Of a stretch of DNA of 64,000 nucleotides, positions 1-9,221 are shown piece after piece; within the stretch, counting starts at the first letter, position 1, and the number at the start of each line of letters is the position of its first letter. This DNA is from an uncultured bacterium (lineage in GTDB: Bacteria; Patescibacteriota; Minisyncoccia; Phycocordibacterales; UBA9973). Where the stretch lies: assembly GCA_903869825.1 (NCBI GenBank), contig CAIQAL010000001.1, forward strand, positions 7,185 through 71,184, read 5' to 3'. The notes beneath the pieces are model-generated. The model was given only the letters and a program-made list of their open reading frames with translations, was not told the DNA's origin and ran no database searches. Position numbers and translations under genes: made by a program.

Positions 1-588
1 TTTGGTTGTTTTAGCTTACGTAGTAAAGAATATTGCATTTTAAATAAACAATACGGAAAAGCGGAATATGAAAAACTTGTACCAGAAATTATTGAAAATA
101 TGAGAGCGAGCGGGGACTGGGGTAATTTCTTTCCGGTTTGGATGAGTCCTTTCGGCTATAACGAGTCTATCTCAAATGAGTACATGCCGCTTGAGAAAAG
201 TGAAGCTTTGTCGCAAGGATTTACCTGGCGGGATAATATTCCATGTACGAAAGGGCAAGAAAATTGCAATTATAGAGACTTGCCAAAAGATTCCGTGGAA
301 TATTCCGATAAAGATTTACTAGATAAAATTTTGAAGTGTGAGTCTTGCGATAAAAATTATCGCTTTATTTCTCGTGAAATTTCCTTTTATAAACGAATGG
401 GTCTAGCTCTTCCCGCTAAGTGCTTTAATTGTCGGCACCAAGTGAGAATGAACAATAGAAATCCAAGAATTCTAAATGAGGTGACTTGTGTCGCTTGCGG
501 AGACAAAACCATGACTACTTATCCGAAAGAGAAGCACAAAATTTATAAAATATATTGCGAGGATTGTTATAAAAAAGAAATAAACTAA
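1..588 (+). CDS. Cys-rich double zinc-ribbon paralog family protein, copy A (5'-truncated by window edge; C-terminal ~195 aa present)
   Basis: Frame is open from base 1 (FGCFSLRSKEYCILNKQYGKAEYEKL...) to the TAA at 586-588. The ORF-track entry 100..588 is only the internal-Met portion. The C-terminal architecture (YKRMGLALPAKCFNCRH ... YCEDCYKKEIN) aligns with the C-termini of copies B-F. Confidence 0.6.
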   Translation, partial: FGCFSLRSKEYCILNKQYGKAEYEKLVPEIIENMRASGDWGNFFPVWMSPFGYNESISNEYMPLEKSEALSQGFTWRDNIPCTKGQENCNYRDLPKDSVEYSDKDLLDKILKCESCDKNYRFISREISFYKRMGLALPAKCFNCRHQVRMNNRNPRILNEVTCVACGDKTMTTYPKEKHKIYKIYCEDCYKKEIN

Positions 589-589
589 T

Positions 590-1936
590 ATGCAAAATTA
601 TAAAGAACAATTTAAGGGAAAGAAAATAACAGTCATGGGGCTTGGGTTACTTGGGCGAGGCGTTGGAGATACTGCCTACTTAGCCGAATGCGGAGCGAAT
701 TTGATTGTGACTGATTTGAAATCAAAAGAACAACTTGCTAGTTCTTTAAAAATTCTTTCAAAATATAAAAACATTAGTTACAGGCTCGGTGAGCATAATC
801 TGGAAGATTTCAAAAATAGAGATATGATTTTGAAGGCAGCGGGAGTACCACTTGATTCTATTTACGTTAATGAAGCCCATAAAAATAATATTCCAGTTGA
901 GATGAGTGCTTCGCTGTTTGCCAAGGTAGCTGGAATAAAAGTTGTTGGAATTACTGGGACCCGGGGAAAATCCACTGTGACTCATTTGATCAACCAAATT
1001 TTTAAACTTGCCGGAAAAAAGGTTTTACTGGGGGGTAATGTCCGTGGAGTTTCCACATTGCAACTTTTGAAAAAAGTGACCCCGAATTCAATTGCTCTCT
1101 TTGAGCTTGATTCTTGGCAGTTGCAAGGGTTTGGGGATTCGAAAATTAGCCCCAATATATCAATTTTTACTACTTTTTTAGATGATCATTTAAATTACTA
1201 CAAAGGGAATCGTGACTTGTATTTCGATGATAAAGCAAATATTTTTAAGTATCAAAAAGAGGAAGATATTTTTGTCGCAGGAGAAGGGTTGGTAAAAAGA
1301 TTGCATGCAAAAGTTCGCGCTCGCGCTTTAGTTGCTCGAGAGAAAGATTTGCCAAAAGCTTGGAAATTAAAAATTCCAGGAGAGCATAACCGTCTGAACG
1401 CTCAATGCGCAGTGCTGGCGGCTCGGAGAATGGGGATAAGTGAAAAAACTATCCGAAAAGTAGTGGAAAACTACGAAGGGGTAGAAGGACGTTTGCAATA
1501 TATTCGGGAAATAAAAGGGATAAAGATTTATAATGATAATAATTCTACGACACCAGATGCGACGGTTGCCGCTCTTCGAGCAGTGGGCGATAAGAAGAAA
1601 AGAAAAGTGGTTTTGATTGTTGGGGGCGATGATAAAAAGCTCGATACAAAAAAACTCTTACACGAGATGCCGAAATGGTGTTCCAAAATTGTGATGTTTA
1701 AAGAGCGGGGGACAGAAACTATCCGAGATGCAGTATTTAAATTTAAAAAGAAAGGCATCGAAGTGTATGAAGAAGAAGGATTGCCAAATACAGTAAAAAG
1801 AGCGTATTCTCTAGCCAAACCCGGTGAAACTATTCTATATAGTCCCGGCTTTTCTTCTTTTGGTAAATATTTTAATAATGAGTATGAGCGTAGTGATCAG
1901 TTTATGAAATTAATAAAAAATTTATTGTATGCATAA
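590..1936 (+). CDS. murD: UDP-N-acetylmuramoylalanine--D-glutamate ligase
   Basis: 448 aa. N-terminal Rossmann-like VMGLGLLGRGVG, Mur-ligase P-loop GITGTRGKST, C-terminal NDNNSTTPDATVAAL. Mur ligase family, best fit MurD; murC is a separate gene downstream. Confidence 0.8.
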   Translation: MQNYKEQFKGKKITVMGLGLLGRGVGDTAYLAECGANLIVTDLKSKEQLASSLKILSKYKNISYRLGEHNLEDFKNRDMILKAAGVPLDSIYVNEAHKNNIPVEMSASLFAKVAGIKVVGITGTRGKSTVTHLINQIFKLAGKKVLLGGNVRGVSTLQLLKKVTPNSIALFELDSWQLQGFGDSKISPNISIFTTFLDDHLNYYKGNRDLYFDDKANIFKYQKEEDIFVAGEGLVKRLHAKVRARALVAREKDLPKAWKLKIPGEHNRLNAQCAVLAARRMGISEKTIRKVVENYEGVEGRLQYIREIKGIKIYNDNNSTTPDATVAALRAVGDKKKRKVVLIVGGDDKKLDTKKLLHEMPKWCSKIVMFKERGTETIRDAVFKFKKKGIEVYEEEGLPNTVKRAYSLAKPGETILYSPGFSSFGKYFNNEYERSDQFMKLIKNLLYA

Positions 1937-2441
1937 AAAAATATTAATTTTAGGAGGAGTAGGTTCTGGAAAATCAACCTTGGCTAAAAAAATAGCTGAT
2001 TATACTGGCTATCCCTTAGTGCATTTAGATGAACTTTTGCTTGATGCAAATTGGAAAGCTGTAGACAAAAGCTTGTGGCAGGATATGTCAAAAGAATTCT
2101 TATCAAAAGAATTCGGGGTGATTGATGGTAATTATTCAAATTCCTTACCGGCAAGAATTGATTGGGCTGATCTTATTATTTTTATTGATATTTCCACTGT
2201 TCGGCAACTTTCACGAGTATTTGGAAGATATATCAAAAATAAAATAGGTCTTGAAAAAAGGATAGGTCACCCAAAGAATAGTAAAAATAAGCTGGAATTG
2301 GAGTTAATAACTTGGACTTATAACTGGAATCGGAAAAGCAAGAAAAAGACGCTAAATCTTCTTAAGAGAACCTATGATAAGAAAATAGTTTTTGTGACTC
2401 AACCCAAAAAACTGAAATTAAAAAAAATTTTATCAAAATGA
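1929..2441 (+). CDS. P-loop NTPase, topology-modulation (FlaR)-like / adenylate-kinase-like
   Basis: N-terminal ILILGGVGSGKSTLAKKIA Walker A. Size and pattern (DLIIFIDIS...GLEKRIG) resemble FlaR-like small kinases. Confidence 0.55.
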   Translation: MHKKILILGGVGSGKSTLAKKIADYTGYPLVHLDELLLDANWKAVDKSLWQDMSKEFLSKEFGVIDGNYSNSLPARIDWADLIIFIDISTVRQLSRVFGRYIKNKIGLEKRIGHPKNSKNKLELELITWTYNWNRKSKKKTLNLLKRTYDKKIVFVTQPKKLKLKKILSK

Positions 2442-2444
2442 ATT

Positions 2445-2867
2445 ATGAAAAAAGTTGTTTTTATTTGTAAAGGAAATATATTTCGCAGTCAGGTGGCGAA
2501 AGCTTTTTACAATCAATTGGCAAAAGGTGGCTCTCGGGCAGAGAGCTATGGTACATGGGTAGAGGAAGAGGGTAATCAGGAGTTAAAACTTTCTTTATAT
2601 CCAAAAAATTTAGGAATATTATTTACTGAATTAAAAAAGTATAATATAGATATTTTGAATGAACACTGTGAACAACTGAAAGAAGAATATCTAAAAGATG
2701 CAGACGAGATAATAGTAATGGCTGAAAAAGAATTTATTCCGGGGTGGCTTACAAAGTATCAATATGAATATTGGGAAAATCTTCCTAATCCAGAAGCCCA
2801 TACAGTAGAATTTATGGAAGATGCAGTTAAATTAATAAGAAATAAAGTTTTAGAATTGATTAAATAA
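2445..2867 (+). CDS. low-molecular-weight protein-tyrosine phosphatase / ArsC-like (CX5R P-loop)
   Basis: VVFICKGNIFRSQ, i.e. the C-x5-R signature at the N-terminus of a 140-aa protein. Confidence 0.6.
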   Translation: MKKVVFICKGNIFRSQVAKAFYNQLAKGGSRAESYGTWVEEEGNQELKLSLYPKNLGILFTELKKYNIDILNEHCEQLKEEYLKDADEIIVMAEKEFIPGWLTKYQYEYWENLPNPEAHTVEFMEDAVKLIRNKVLELIK

Positions 2868-2868
2868 T

Positions 2869-3441
2869 ATGAAAAAAAAAGAAAAAACATTAATAATGTT
2901 TATCGGAAAAACCCACTGCGGTAAAACTACTTGTGCTAAGGAATTAGAAAAAAAAGTAAAAGGCTTTGTCGCTCTCGAGGCTGACCCAATTGCCATTTTT
3001 ATGAAAAAGGAGTTTCCAATTTTAAGACAAAATGACGATAAAAAGATATATTCCGGTGCTGACAATAAAAATTCTTTAAAATTTCGTACCTTTTTGTTGT
3101 TTCTTGATTTCGCGTTGTTTCTAGGGAAGCCGATTTTACTTTCAAATGCAAATTTGTACTCAAACGGCCGTAAAACAATTATTAAATTATGCAAGAAGTA
3201 CAATTATAAAGTAGTTGGTGTTTATTTTGATTTTCCAGAAGAAATTCTTTTTGAAAGAGCAAAAAGTTCTGAGAGGAATAAGGATGTTTTAAGGGTTGTA
3301 AAAGATTTTAAAGACTTAATAACAATACAAAGAGACAGATTAGAAATTCCTAAACGTTCTGAATTTAATGAATTTTTTGTAGTCAAATCTCTACTCGAGG
3401 TCCAAAAATTACAAAAATTACTGGTGAAAAAATTAAAATAA
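2869..3441 (+). CDS. P-loop ATPase/kinase (AAA_33 / zeta-toxin-like)
   Basis: IMFIGKTHCGKTT Walker A; small 190-aa protein. Confidence 0.4.
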   Translation: MKKKEKTLIMFIGKTHCGKTTCAKELEKKVKGFVALEADPIAIFMKKEFPILRQNDDKKIYSGADNKNSLKFRTFLLFLDFALFLGKPILLSNANLYSNGRKTIIKLCKKYNYKVVGVYFDFPEEILFERAKSSERNKDVLRVVKDFKDLITIQRDRLEIPKRSEFNEFFVVKSLLEVQKLQKLLVKKLK

Positions 3442-3445
3442 AATT

Positions 3446-3910
3446 ATGAAAGAAAGCAAAGAAAAAATTTTATTTTGGAATGATGATGGAGAATATGGGT
3501 GTTTTTCTAATTTTGCAATTTACACGATAATGTACAATGAGGAACTTTGGCCCAGCACAGAACACGCCTATCAGGCGGCAAAATTTGATGAGGAAAAAAT
3601 AATACAGGAAATTTTTAAAGCTAAAACTCCTTTAGGTGCTTTTAATATTGGGAGAGACCCAAAAAATATTTTAAAAAAAGATTGGTTTGAAACCAGAATT
3701 AAAGTAATGGAAGAAATTGTCCGAGAAAAAATAAAACAATATCCGGAAATTGGAAAAAAACTTATAGAAACAGGCGATAGAGAAATAATAGAAGCATCAC
3801 CGATAGATTCATTTTGGGGTTGGGGTCCTGACAAAAAAGGAGAAAACAATATGGGTAAAATTTGGATGAAATTAAGAGAGGAAATTATAAATAAAGAAAT
3901 AATTTTGTGA
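3446..3910 (+). CDS. NADAR (YbiA-like, DUF1768) family protein
   Basis: FWNDDGEYGCFSNFA...WPSTEHAYQAAKF matches the NADAR core motif. Confidence 0.75.
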   Translation: MKESKEKILFWNDDGEYGCFSNFAIYTIMYNEELWPSTEHAYQAAKFDEEKIIQEIFKAKTPLGAFNIGRDPKNILKKDWFETRIKVMEEIVREKIKQYPEIGKKLIETGDREIIEASPIDSFWGWGPDKKGENNMGKIWMKLREEIINKEIIL

Positions 3911-4470
3911 AAAACAACGTATTTATTTTTCATGGGACAGAAGGGTACCCAGAAGAAAACTGGTTTCCTTGGATGAAAGAAAAACTTGAAGCAAAAGGTT
4001 GTAATGTTATCGTTCCGCAATTTCCAACTCCACCAATCGTGCCGGCCAAAATTACAGAATGGTTTGATGTTTTTAAAAAATACGAAGAATATATTGACGA
4101 AGATACGATTTTAATTGGGCATAGCCTGGGTGGAGTTTTTGCCTTACGAATTTTGGAAAAAATAAAGAGTCCCATCAAGGCGGTTTTCCTTATTGGAACA
4201 CCGATAGGGGTAAGGCCAGTTTTTAATTACAACAGAGATAGTAGTTTTTGTGGTTTTGATTTTGATTGGAGAAATATTAAAACAAAAACGAAACATTTTG
4301 ATGTTTTCCAGTCGGACAACGACCCTTTTGTATCTTTAGGGAATGGTGAGCAATTAGCAAAAGAATTAGGAGTGCCACTTACATTTATTCCAAATGCTGG
4401 ACATTTTAATGAAAAAGCAGGATATTTAACCTTCTCAAAGTTACTAGAAAAAATCGAAACAATTTTATGA
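3907..4470 (+). CDS. RBBP9/YdeN-like alpha/beta serine hydrolase
   Basis: VFIFHGTEGYPEENWFPW...IGHSLGG nucleophile elbow; ~190 aa; start overlaps the previous stop (ATGA-type coupling). Confidence 0.6.
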   Translation: MKNNVFIFHGTEGYPEENWFPWMKEKLEAKGCNVIVPQFPTPPIVPAKITEWFDVFKKYEEYIDEDTILIGHSLGGVFALRILEKIKSPIKAVFLIGTPIGVRPVFNYNRDSSFCGFDFDWRNIKTKTKHFDVFQSDNDPFVSLGNGEQLAKELGVPLTFIPNAGHFNEKAGYLTFSKLLEKIETIL

Positions 4471-5090
4471 AATTAATTCTTGGATCGGATTTAAGTTTTT
4501 TATTGAAATATGGCTATGATTTGACTTGTATTTCTAAAGACCAAATGAAAATTGGTTATATTACAACTGCAGCCAAAGGAGACAGAGGAGATTTTAGTCG
4601 TAAATTAAAGTTTGCGATTAAAGACGCTGGTTATAATTTTGAAGAAATAGACATCGAAGGCAAGACAAAAGAAGAATTAAGAAATTTATTTAAGGATAAA
4701 AATATTATCCACATAGAAGGAGGAAATAGTTTTTATCTTATTAAAGTAATTAGGGAAACAGGCTTTGCGGAAATATTAAAAGAACTATTAGAAGAAGGAA
4801 AAATATATATTGGAACGAGTGCTGGTTCATACATTATGTGTCCGACAATAGAGGTTTCAAATTGGGACACTACTGGGAAAATCCGTTATGGAGTTACCGA
4901 TTTTACTGCTCTCAACTATGTGCCTTATGTTTTCAAGGTTCACTATAAGGACGAACAGGAAAGCAAAGTTAGAGAAAATATGAAAACTCTTAAATACCCA
5001 CTGAGGATATTACGAGACGGTCAAGGCATTTTAGTTGAAGATGGCAAATATACTTTTGTGGGTGATGGGGAAGAAGTTAAATTTGATTAA
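4467..5090 (+). CDS. peptidase S51 (dipeptidase E-like)
   Basis: IIHIEGGNSFYL and YIGTSAGS motifs typical of PepE/cyanophycinase-fold S51 peptidases. Confidence 0.6.
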   Translation: MKLILGSDLSFLLKYGYDLTCISKDQMKIGYITTAAKGDRGDFSRKLKFAIKDAGYNFEEIDIEGKTKEELRNLFKDKNIIHIEGGNSFYLIKVIRETGFAEILKELLEEGKIYIGTSAGSYIMCPTIEVSNWDTTGKIRYGVTDFTALNYVPYVFKVHYKDEQESKVRENMKTLKYPLRILRDGQGILVEDGKYTFVGDGEEVKFD

Positions 5091-5096
5091 TCTATT

Positions 5097-5663
5097 ATGC
5101 AAAAAGTTATTTCCTTACACGGAAAGAATATTCCATATACTCTTAAAATAAACAAAAGAACCAAAGGGGTGAAGATGTCCATTCATCCTGGCGGCATTTG
5201 CATTGTGACAGTGCGAAGCAAGAGAATCCCCCAAATATTGATTGAAAGATTTATGAGAGAAAAAGAGGATTGGATTATAGAGAAAATAAGGAAGATGGCT
5301 CAGTATAAAGACACGAGAGTTGGAGCAAAAGAAGAGTATAAAAAATATAAAGAGGTGGCATTAAAAATTGCGGAAGAAAGGCTTAAATATTTTAACCAGT
5401 TTTACAATTTTAGGTGGAATCGCATCACGATAAGAAATCAAAAGACCCGGTGGGGAAGTTGTTCAAAGCGGGGGAATTTGAGTTTCAATTATAAGATTGC
5501 TTTGTTGGAATCTAAGGCAGTTGATTACATTGTCGTGCACGAACTGTGTCATTTAAAAGAATTTAACCACTCTACCCGCTTTTGGAATTTGGTAGCTCAA
5601 ACGGTGCCGGAATATTTAAGTATTCGAAAAGATTTACGTAAAAATAAGCTAAGAATTGATTAA
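5097..5663 (+). CDS. YgjP-like zinc metallohydrolase (DUF45, HExxH)
   Basis: WGSCSKRGNLSFNYKIA...DYIVVHELCHLKEFNHS matches the YgjP/DUF45 signature. Confidence 0.7.
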   Translation: MQKVISLHGKNIPYTLKINKRTKGVKMSIHPGGICIVTVRSKRIPQILIERFMREKEDWIIEKIRKMAQYKDTRVGAKEEYKKYKEVALKIAEERLKYFNQFYNFRWNRITIRNQKTRWGSCSKRGNLSFNYKIALLESKAVDYIVVHELCHLKEFNHSTRFWNLVAQTVPEYLSIRKDLRKNKLRID

Positions 5664-5680
5664 TTTGATATACTAAATTT

Positions 5681-6952
5681 ATGGATTTAGATTTAGTGAA
5701 AATCAAAAAAGTGTATTTCATCGGAATCGGAGGGATTGGGATTTCGGCGTTGGCGAAACTGGCAAAAACTCGGGGAATGGAAGTTAGTGGAGTGAACGAC
5801 GAGGAAGGGAAAACAGTAGATTTGCTTCGGGAATTTGGGATTATGGTCACTCGTCGTGAGGAATTTTTTGAATCTATGCCCTCGGAGAGGGGAAATTCGT
5901 TTTCATTTTCAGATTTATATGTTTACTCGGACGCTTGGCTTAATCGTGGACCTGAAATTTTGGAAGCGGCCAAGAAAACCGGGAAGCCAGTTTTAAGTTA
6001 TGCGGAAGCGCTTGGTGTTTTTGCGAAAGATTATAAAGTGATAGCAATCTCAGGGACTCATGGCAAGACCACGACCACGGCGATGGTGGCGGATATTTTG
6101 ATTGACGCGGGGATAGACCCGACGGTCATAGTGGGCTCTTTTGTCAAAAAGTTTGGCAGTAATTTTAGAAGTGGAAAAAGTCAGTATTTGGTAGTGGAAG
6201 CGGATGAGTATAACAGACACATGCTCGAACTTCATCCCTACATAGGAGCCATTACTAATATAGAAGCGGACCACCTGGACTGTTATAAAGATTTGGATGA
6301 TATCAAAATGGCTTTTGACCAGTTTCTAGCCCAAAGTCAGAACAAGATTTTGGATTATGGAGAATATATGGGGAAAGTCCCAAAGCTTTTGGTTCCCGGG
6401 GAACATAATAAAAAAAATGCTGCTTTAGCCTTAGCTATTGCCCGAATGCTTGGTTTAGACGAGAATCTTACCAAGAAATCACTGGAAGAGTTTCAGGGGA
6501 CCTGGCGTAGATTGGAAAAAAGGGGAGTAACCGAGTCGGGAACTATCGTTTATGACGATTATGCCCATCACCCGACCGAGGTCCGGGCCAGTATCGAAGC
6601 CTTAAGAGAATTTTACCCCACTGATCAAAAGAAGATTACCATTGTCTTTCAACCTCATTTGTATAGCAGAACGAAAGCTCTTTTTAAAGATTTTGCCAAA
6701 TGTTTTAAAGGGATAGACAAGATTATCCTCCTGCCGATCTATTTTGCTCGGGAGGCTCCGGACGAAAGTATCTCAAGCGGGAAATTAGCCGAAGCCATAT
6801 GCGAAAACGGGGAGAAAGCCATCGCTTTTACCGACTTTGAACTGGCGGAAGAGTACTTGAAGGGGCTGACTTTTGGAAAAGACGACATTTTTGTGACCAT
6901 GGGAGCGGGGGAGGCCTACAAAGTGGCTGACCAAATGCTAAAATTCTCCTAA
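5681..6952 (+). CDS. murC: UDP-N-acetylmuramate--L-alanine ligase
   Basis: YFIGIGGIGISALA Rossmann N-terminus; AISGTHGKTTTTAMVADIL Mur-ligase P-loop is near-identical to MurC. Confidence 0.85.
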   Translation: MDLDLVKIKKVYFIGIGGIGISALAKLAKTRGMEVSGVNDEEGKTVDLLREFGIMVTRREEFFESMPSERGNSFSFSDLYVYSDAWLNRGPEILEAAKKTGKPVLSYAEALGVFAKDYKVIAISGTHGKTTTTAMVADILIDAGIDPTVIVGSFVKKFGSNFRSGKSQYLVVEADEYNRHMLELHPYIGAITNIEADHLDCYKDLDDIKMAFDQFLAQSQNKILDYGEYMGKVPKLLVPGEHNKKNAALALAIARMLGLDENLTKKSLEEFQGTWRRLEKRGVTESGTIVYDDYAHHPTEVRASIEALREFYPTDQKKITIVFQPHLYSRTKALFKDFAKCFKGIDKIILLPIYFAREAPDESISSGKLAEAICENGEKAIAFTDFELAEEYLKGLTFGKDDIFVTMGAGEAYKVADQMLKFS

Positions 6953-7086
6953 GACCCGTCAAGGAGATATCCACTTTGTTAAAATTAACCATATTTTACA
7001 ATTATTTGTCAATGGTAACTAGTAAAAATATTCTTATTTTTCAAGCTATTTTCTATTTGACAGATGGAGAAATTGTTGTTTAACTA

Positions 7087-7115
7087 TTGACTTTCTGTTG
7101 CCAATATGCTAGTAT
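7087..7115 (+). promoter_or_regulatory. sigma70-like promoter candidate (TTGACT-17-TAGTAT) upstream of 7208 gene
   Basis: TTGACT at 7087-7092, 17-nt spacer, TAGTAT at 7110-7115. The genome is AT-rich, so the false-positive risk is high. Confidence 0.25.
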
Positions 7116-7207
7116 ATAGACAGGTCCACATCTTAGCTAGATATGGACATTTTTCTTAAAGTTGCAGTATTTCGGAAATGGAGTTTGACGGAGCATAACC
7201 GTTCTGT

Positions 7208-7855
7208 ATGAAAAATAAAAAATTGATACGGTTTGTAGAATCTTTTGTTTTACTACCAGTCATGACAATATCGTTACCACTAGGGAATCTCCCTAATGGC
7301 AGTGTAAATGTTGTTTTGACTCCTACAACCGCATTATCACAAAAACAAAATATTGAAGCTTCTGGTTTGCTTGCCTATAACCAGGCAGATGAACAGGAAG
7401 CCAAGCTCTTAAAGCTTAAAGCCGATGCAGTTGATGCTTATTTTAGGGAGCACAATATGCCATTAGAAGGAACAGGAAAGACAATGGTTCAAGAAGCCGA
7501 AGAAAACGGTTTGGACTGGCGTCTTTTGGCTGCAATTGCTGTTAGGGAATCTACCGGAGGAATCCACGCTTGTAAAAGTGTTACTTTTAATTCTTTTGGC
7601 TGGGGGTCTTGTAGGATTGGATTCAAGTCCAATGAACAAGCGATTGAAACTATCGCTAAGCATTTAGGTGGCAACATGAAAAGTACGGCAGATCACTATG
7701 ATAATAAGACGACTGAACAAATTCTCCGAACCTATAATCCTCCTAAAATCGTTAAAAGATATGCCGAACAGGTGATGGCGATAATGGATGATATTGGTCA
7801 AACAGACATGGCACTTACTCTCCCTACCAAGGAAACTGAAACGACTAATACTTAA
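7208..7855 (+). CDS. secreted hypothetical protein (N-terminal signal/anchor; weak lysozyme/SLT-like LLAAIAVRESTGG motif)
   Basis: Hydrophobic N-terminus FVESFVLLPVMTISLPLG. LLAAIAVRES resembles the catalytic-Glu region of lytic transglycosylases, but the rest does not align well. Confidence 0.35.
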   Translation: MKNKKLIRFVESFVLLPVMTISLPLGNLPNGSVNVVLTPTTALSQKQNIEASGLLAYNQADEQEAKLLKLKADAVDAYFREHNMPLEGTGKTMVQEAEENGLDWRLLAAIAVRESTGGIHACKSVTFNSFGWGSCRIGFKSNEQAIETIAKHLGGNMKSTADHYDNKTTEQILRTYNPPKIVKRYAEQVMAIMDDIGQTDMALTLPTKETETTNT

Positions 7856-7865
7856 TATTTAGCAA

Positions 7866-7902
7866 AAAAGACGGAAGCAATATTGCTTACGTCTTTTTTT
7901 TT
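7866..7902. terminator. bidirectional rho-independent terminator between convergent 7208 gene (+) and rpsA (-)
   Basis: AAAAAAGACGGAAGCAATATTGCTTACGTCTTTTTTTTT: a GC stem flanked by an A-run and a T-run. Confidence 0.5.
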
Positions 7903-7915
7903 GTAGAATTTGGAA

Positions 7916-9013
7916 TTATTCTAGATAAATCAAAGTCATCTTGTGACTCTTTGGTTCAAAGAGGGTGATTTGGAAGTTATATTTTTTACCAAGTTCTAAT
8001 TTCTCACGAAGTTTTGATTCGGAAGTGAAGGTGGAATTATGAACCAGTCCAGCAACTCCTTCTTTGATGGAAACGAGAGCTCCGTGCTTATTGTACTTAA
8101 TAACAACTCCTTCAATAATATCTCCTTTTTTCAATTTGCCTTCAAATTCTTTCCATGGGTTTTCTTTTAGGGCTTTAATTGAAAGTGAGATTTTGCCTTC
8201 TTTTATTTCGATGACTTTAGCTTTGATTTGTTCTCCAACTTTAAACATTGTTCGAGGATCTTCCACTAGCCCCCAGTCAAGTTCAGAAATGTGGACTAAT
8301 CCTTCCAGCCCGTCTTCTAGTTTCAAGAACATCCCGAAGTCAACAATCCCTGCGATGGTGCAAAGAAGTTCGTCTCCAACGTTGTATTTAGAAAGGATTT
8401 CTTTCTTTTCTTCCGGATTATTGTCTTTTTCTGAGAAAATTAATTTGCCTTCTTTTGGCAAAGTGGAAATAATGATGACAGAAATTTTTTGACCAACTAA
8501 TTTTTTCAATTCTTTTAAGATTTTATCTTTATCAGAATCTTCCACTCTTGGGTAATGGTCGCTCTTAAGCTGGGAAGCTGGTAGAAATCCTTGTATTCCT
8601 TGCCAGTCCAAGATGAGGCCTCCTTTATTTGCTTCTTTGATTTCAAGGTCCATCACAGTTTTTGCCTTGATTGCTTTTTCGGCTTCGCTCCAGATGAGTG
8701 CTTGTTTTGCTTCTCGTAGAGATAGTTCGGTATAACCATCTTCGTTTTCTGTTTCAATAACTTTTGCTTTGATTATGTCGCCGAGCGCGATTTTTTTAAT
8801 GATGTCTTTTGCGTTGATGAATTCTTTCCCGTAGATTATCCCTGTTCCAAACGGAGCCAAGTCAACGAAAACAGATGATTTTTTAATTAAAATAACTGGC
8901 CCTTCTACTAAGGATTCAAAAGCAGGCCTTGTTGCACTTCGGTCCACAATAGATTTTAAAACCAGATTCTCTTTTTCTTCTTCCATTACTTCTGCTACTT
9001 TTTTTGTTCTCAT
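7916..9013 (-). CDS. rpsA: 30S ribosomal protein S1
   Basis: 365 aa with repeated S1 domains (GxV..I..fG.FV....g.eGLvHiSe motifs recur 4 times). Confidence 0.8.
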   Translation of the reverse strand: MRTKKVAEVMEEEKENLVLKSIVDRSATRPAFESLVEGPVILIKKSSVFVDLAPFGTGIIYGKEFINAKDIIKKIALGDIIKAKVIETENEDGYTELSLREAKQALIWSEAEKAIKAKTVMDLEIKEANKGGLILDWQGIQGFLPASQLKSDHYPRVEDSDKDKILKELKKLVGQKISVIIISTLPKEGKLIFSEKDNNPEEKKEILSKYNVGDELLCTIAGIVDFGMFLKLEDGLEGLVHISELDWGLVEDPRTMFKVGEQIKAKVIEIKEGKISLSIKALKENPWKEFEGKLKKGDIIEGVVIKYNKHGALVSIKEGVAGLVHNSTFTSESKLREKLELGKKYNFQITLFEPKSHKMTLIYLE

Positions 9014-9180
9014 AATATTACCAAGTGAACTAAAACTAAAATTCCACCAAATACGGTGGATTTATGGCTTAGGCGTTCCACCAAGAGAGGTGAAGTGTTA
9101 ACCTAAAATCCCGTAATAATATATATTCACTTGTTTTCTATATTACTACAACTTTTGAAAATTGCAAGGGTAATATAAAT

Positions 9181-9216
9181 AAAAAAGCCGCTCCAAATAA
9201 TTTGAACGGCTGTGCC
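9181..9216 (-). terminator. rho-independent terminator downstream of pepD (minus strand)
   Basis: Minus-strand reading is AGCCGTTCAAATTATTTGGAGCGGCTTTTTT, a GCCG/CGGC stem plus T6. Confidence 0.4.
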
Positions 9217-9221
9217 TTTTT

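Noticed and set aside
7122-7152. Imperfect hairpin GTCCACATC...GATATGGAC plus ATTTTT in the murC-7208 intergenic region as a murC terminator
   Set aside because: The stem has mismatches and lies 170 nt downstream of the murC stop, after a promoter-like element. It is too ambiguous to call.
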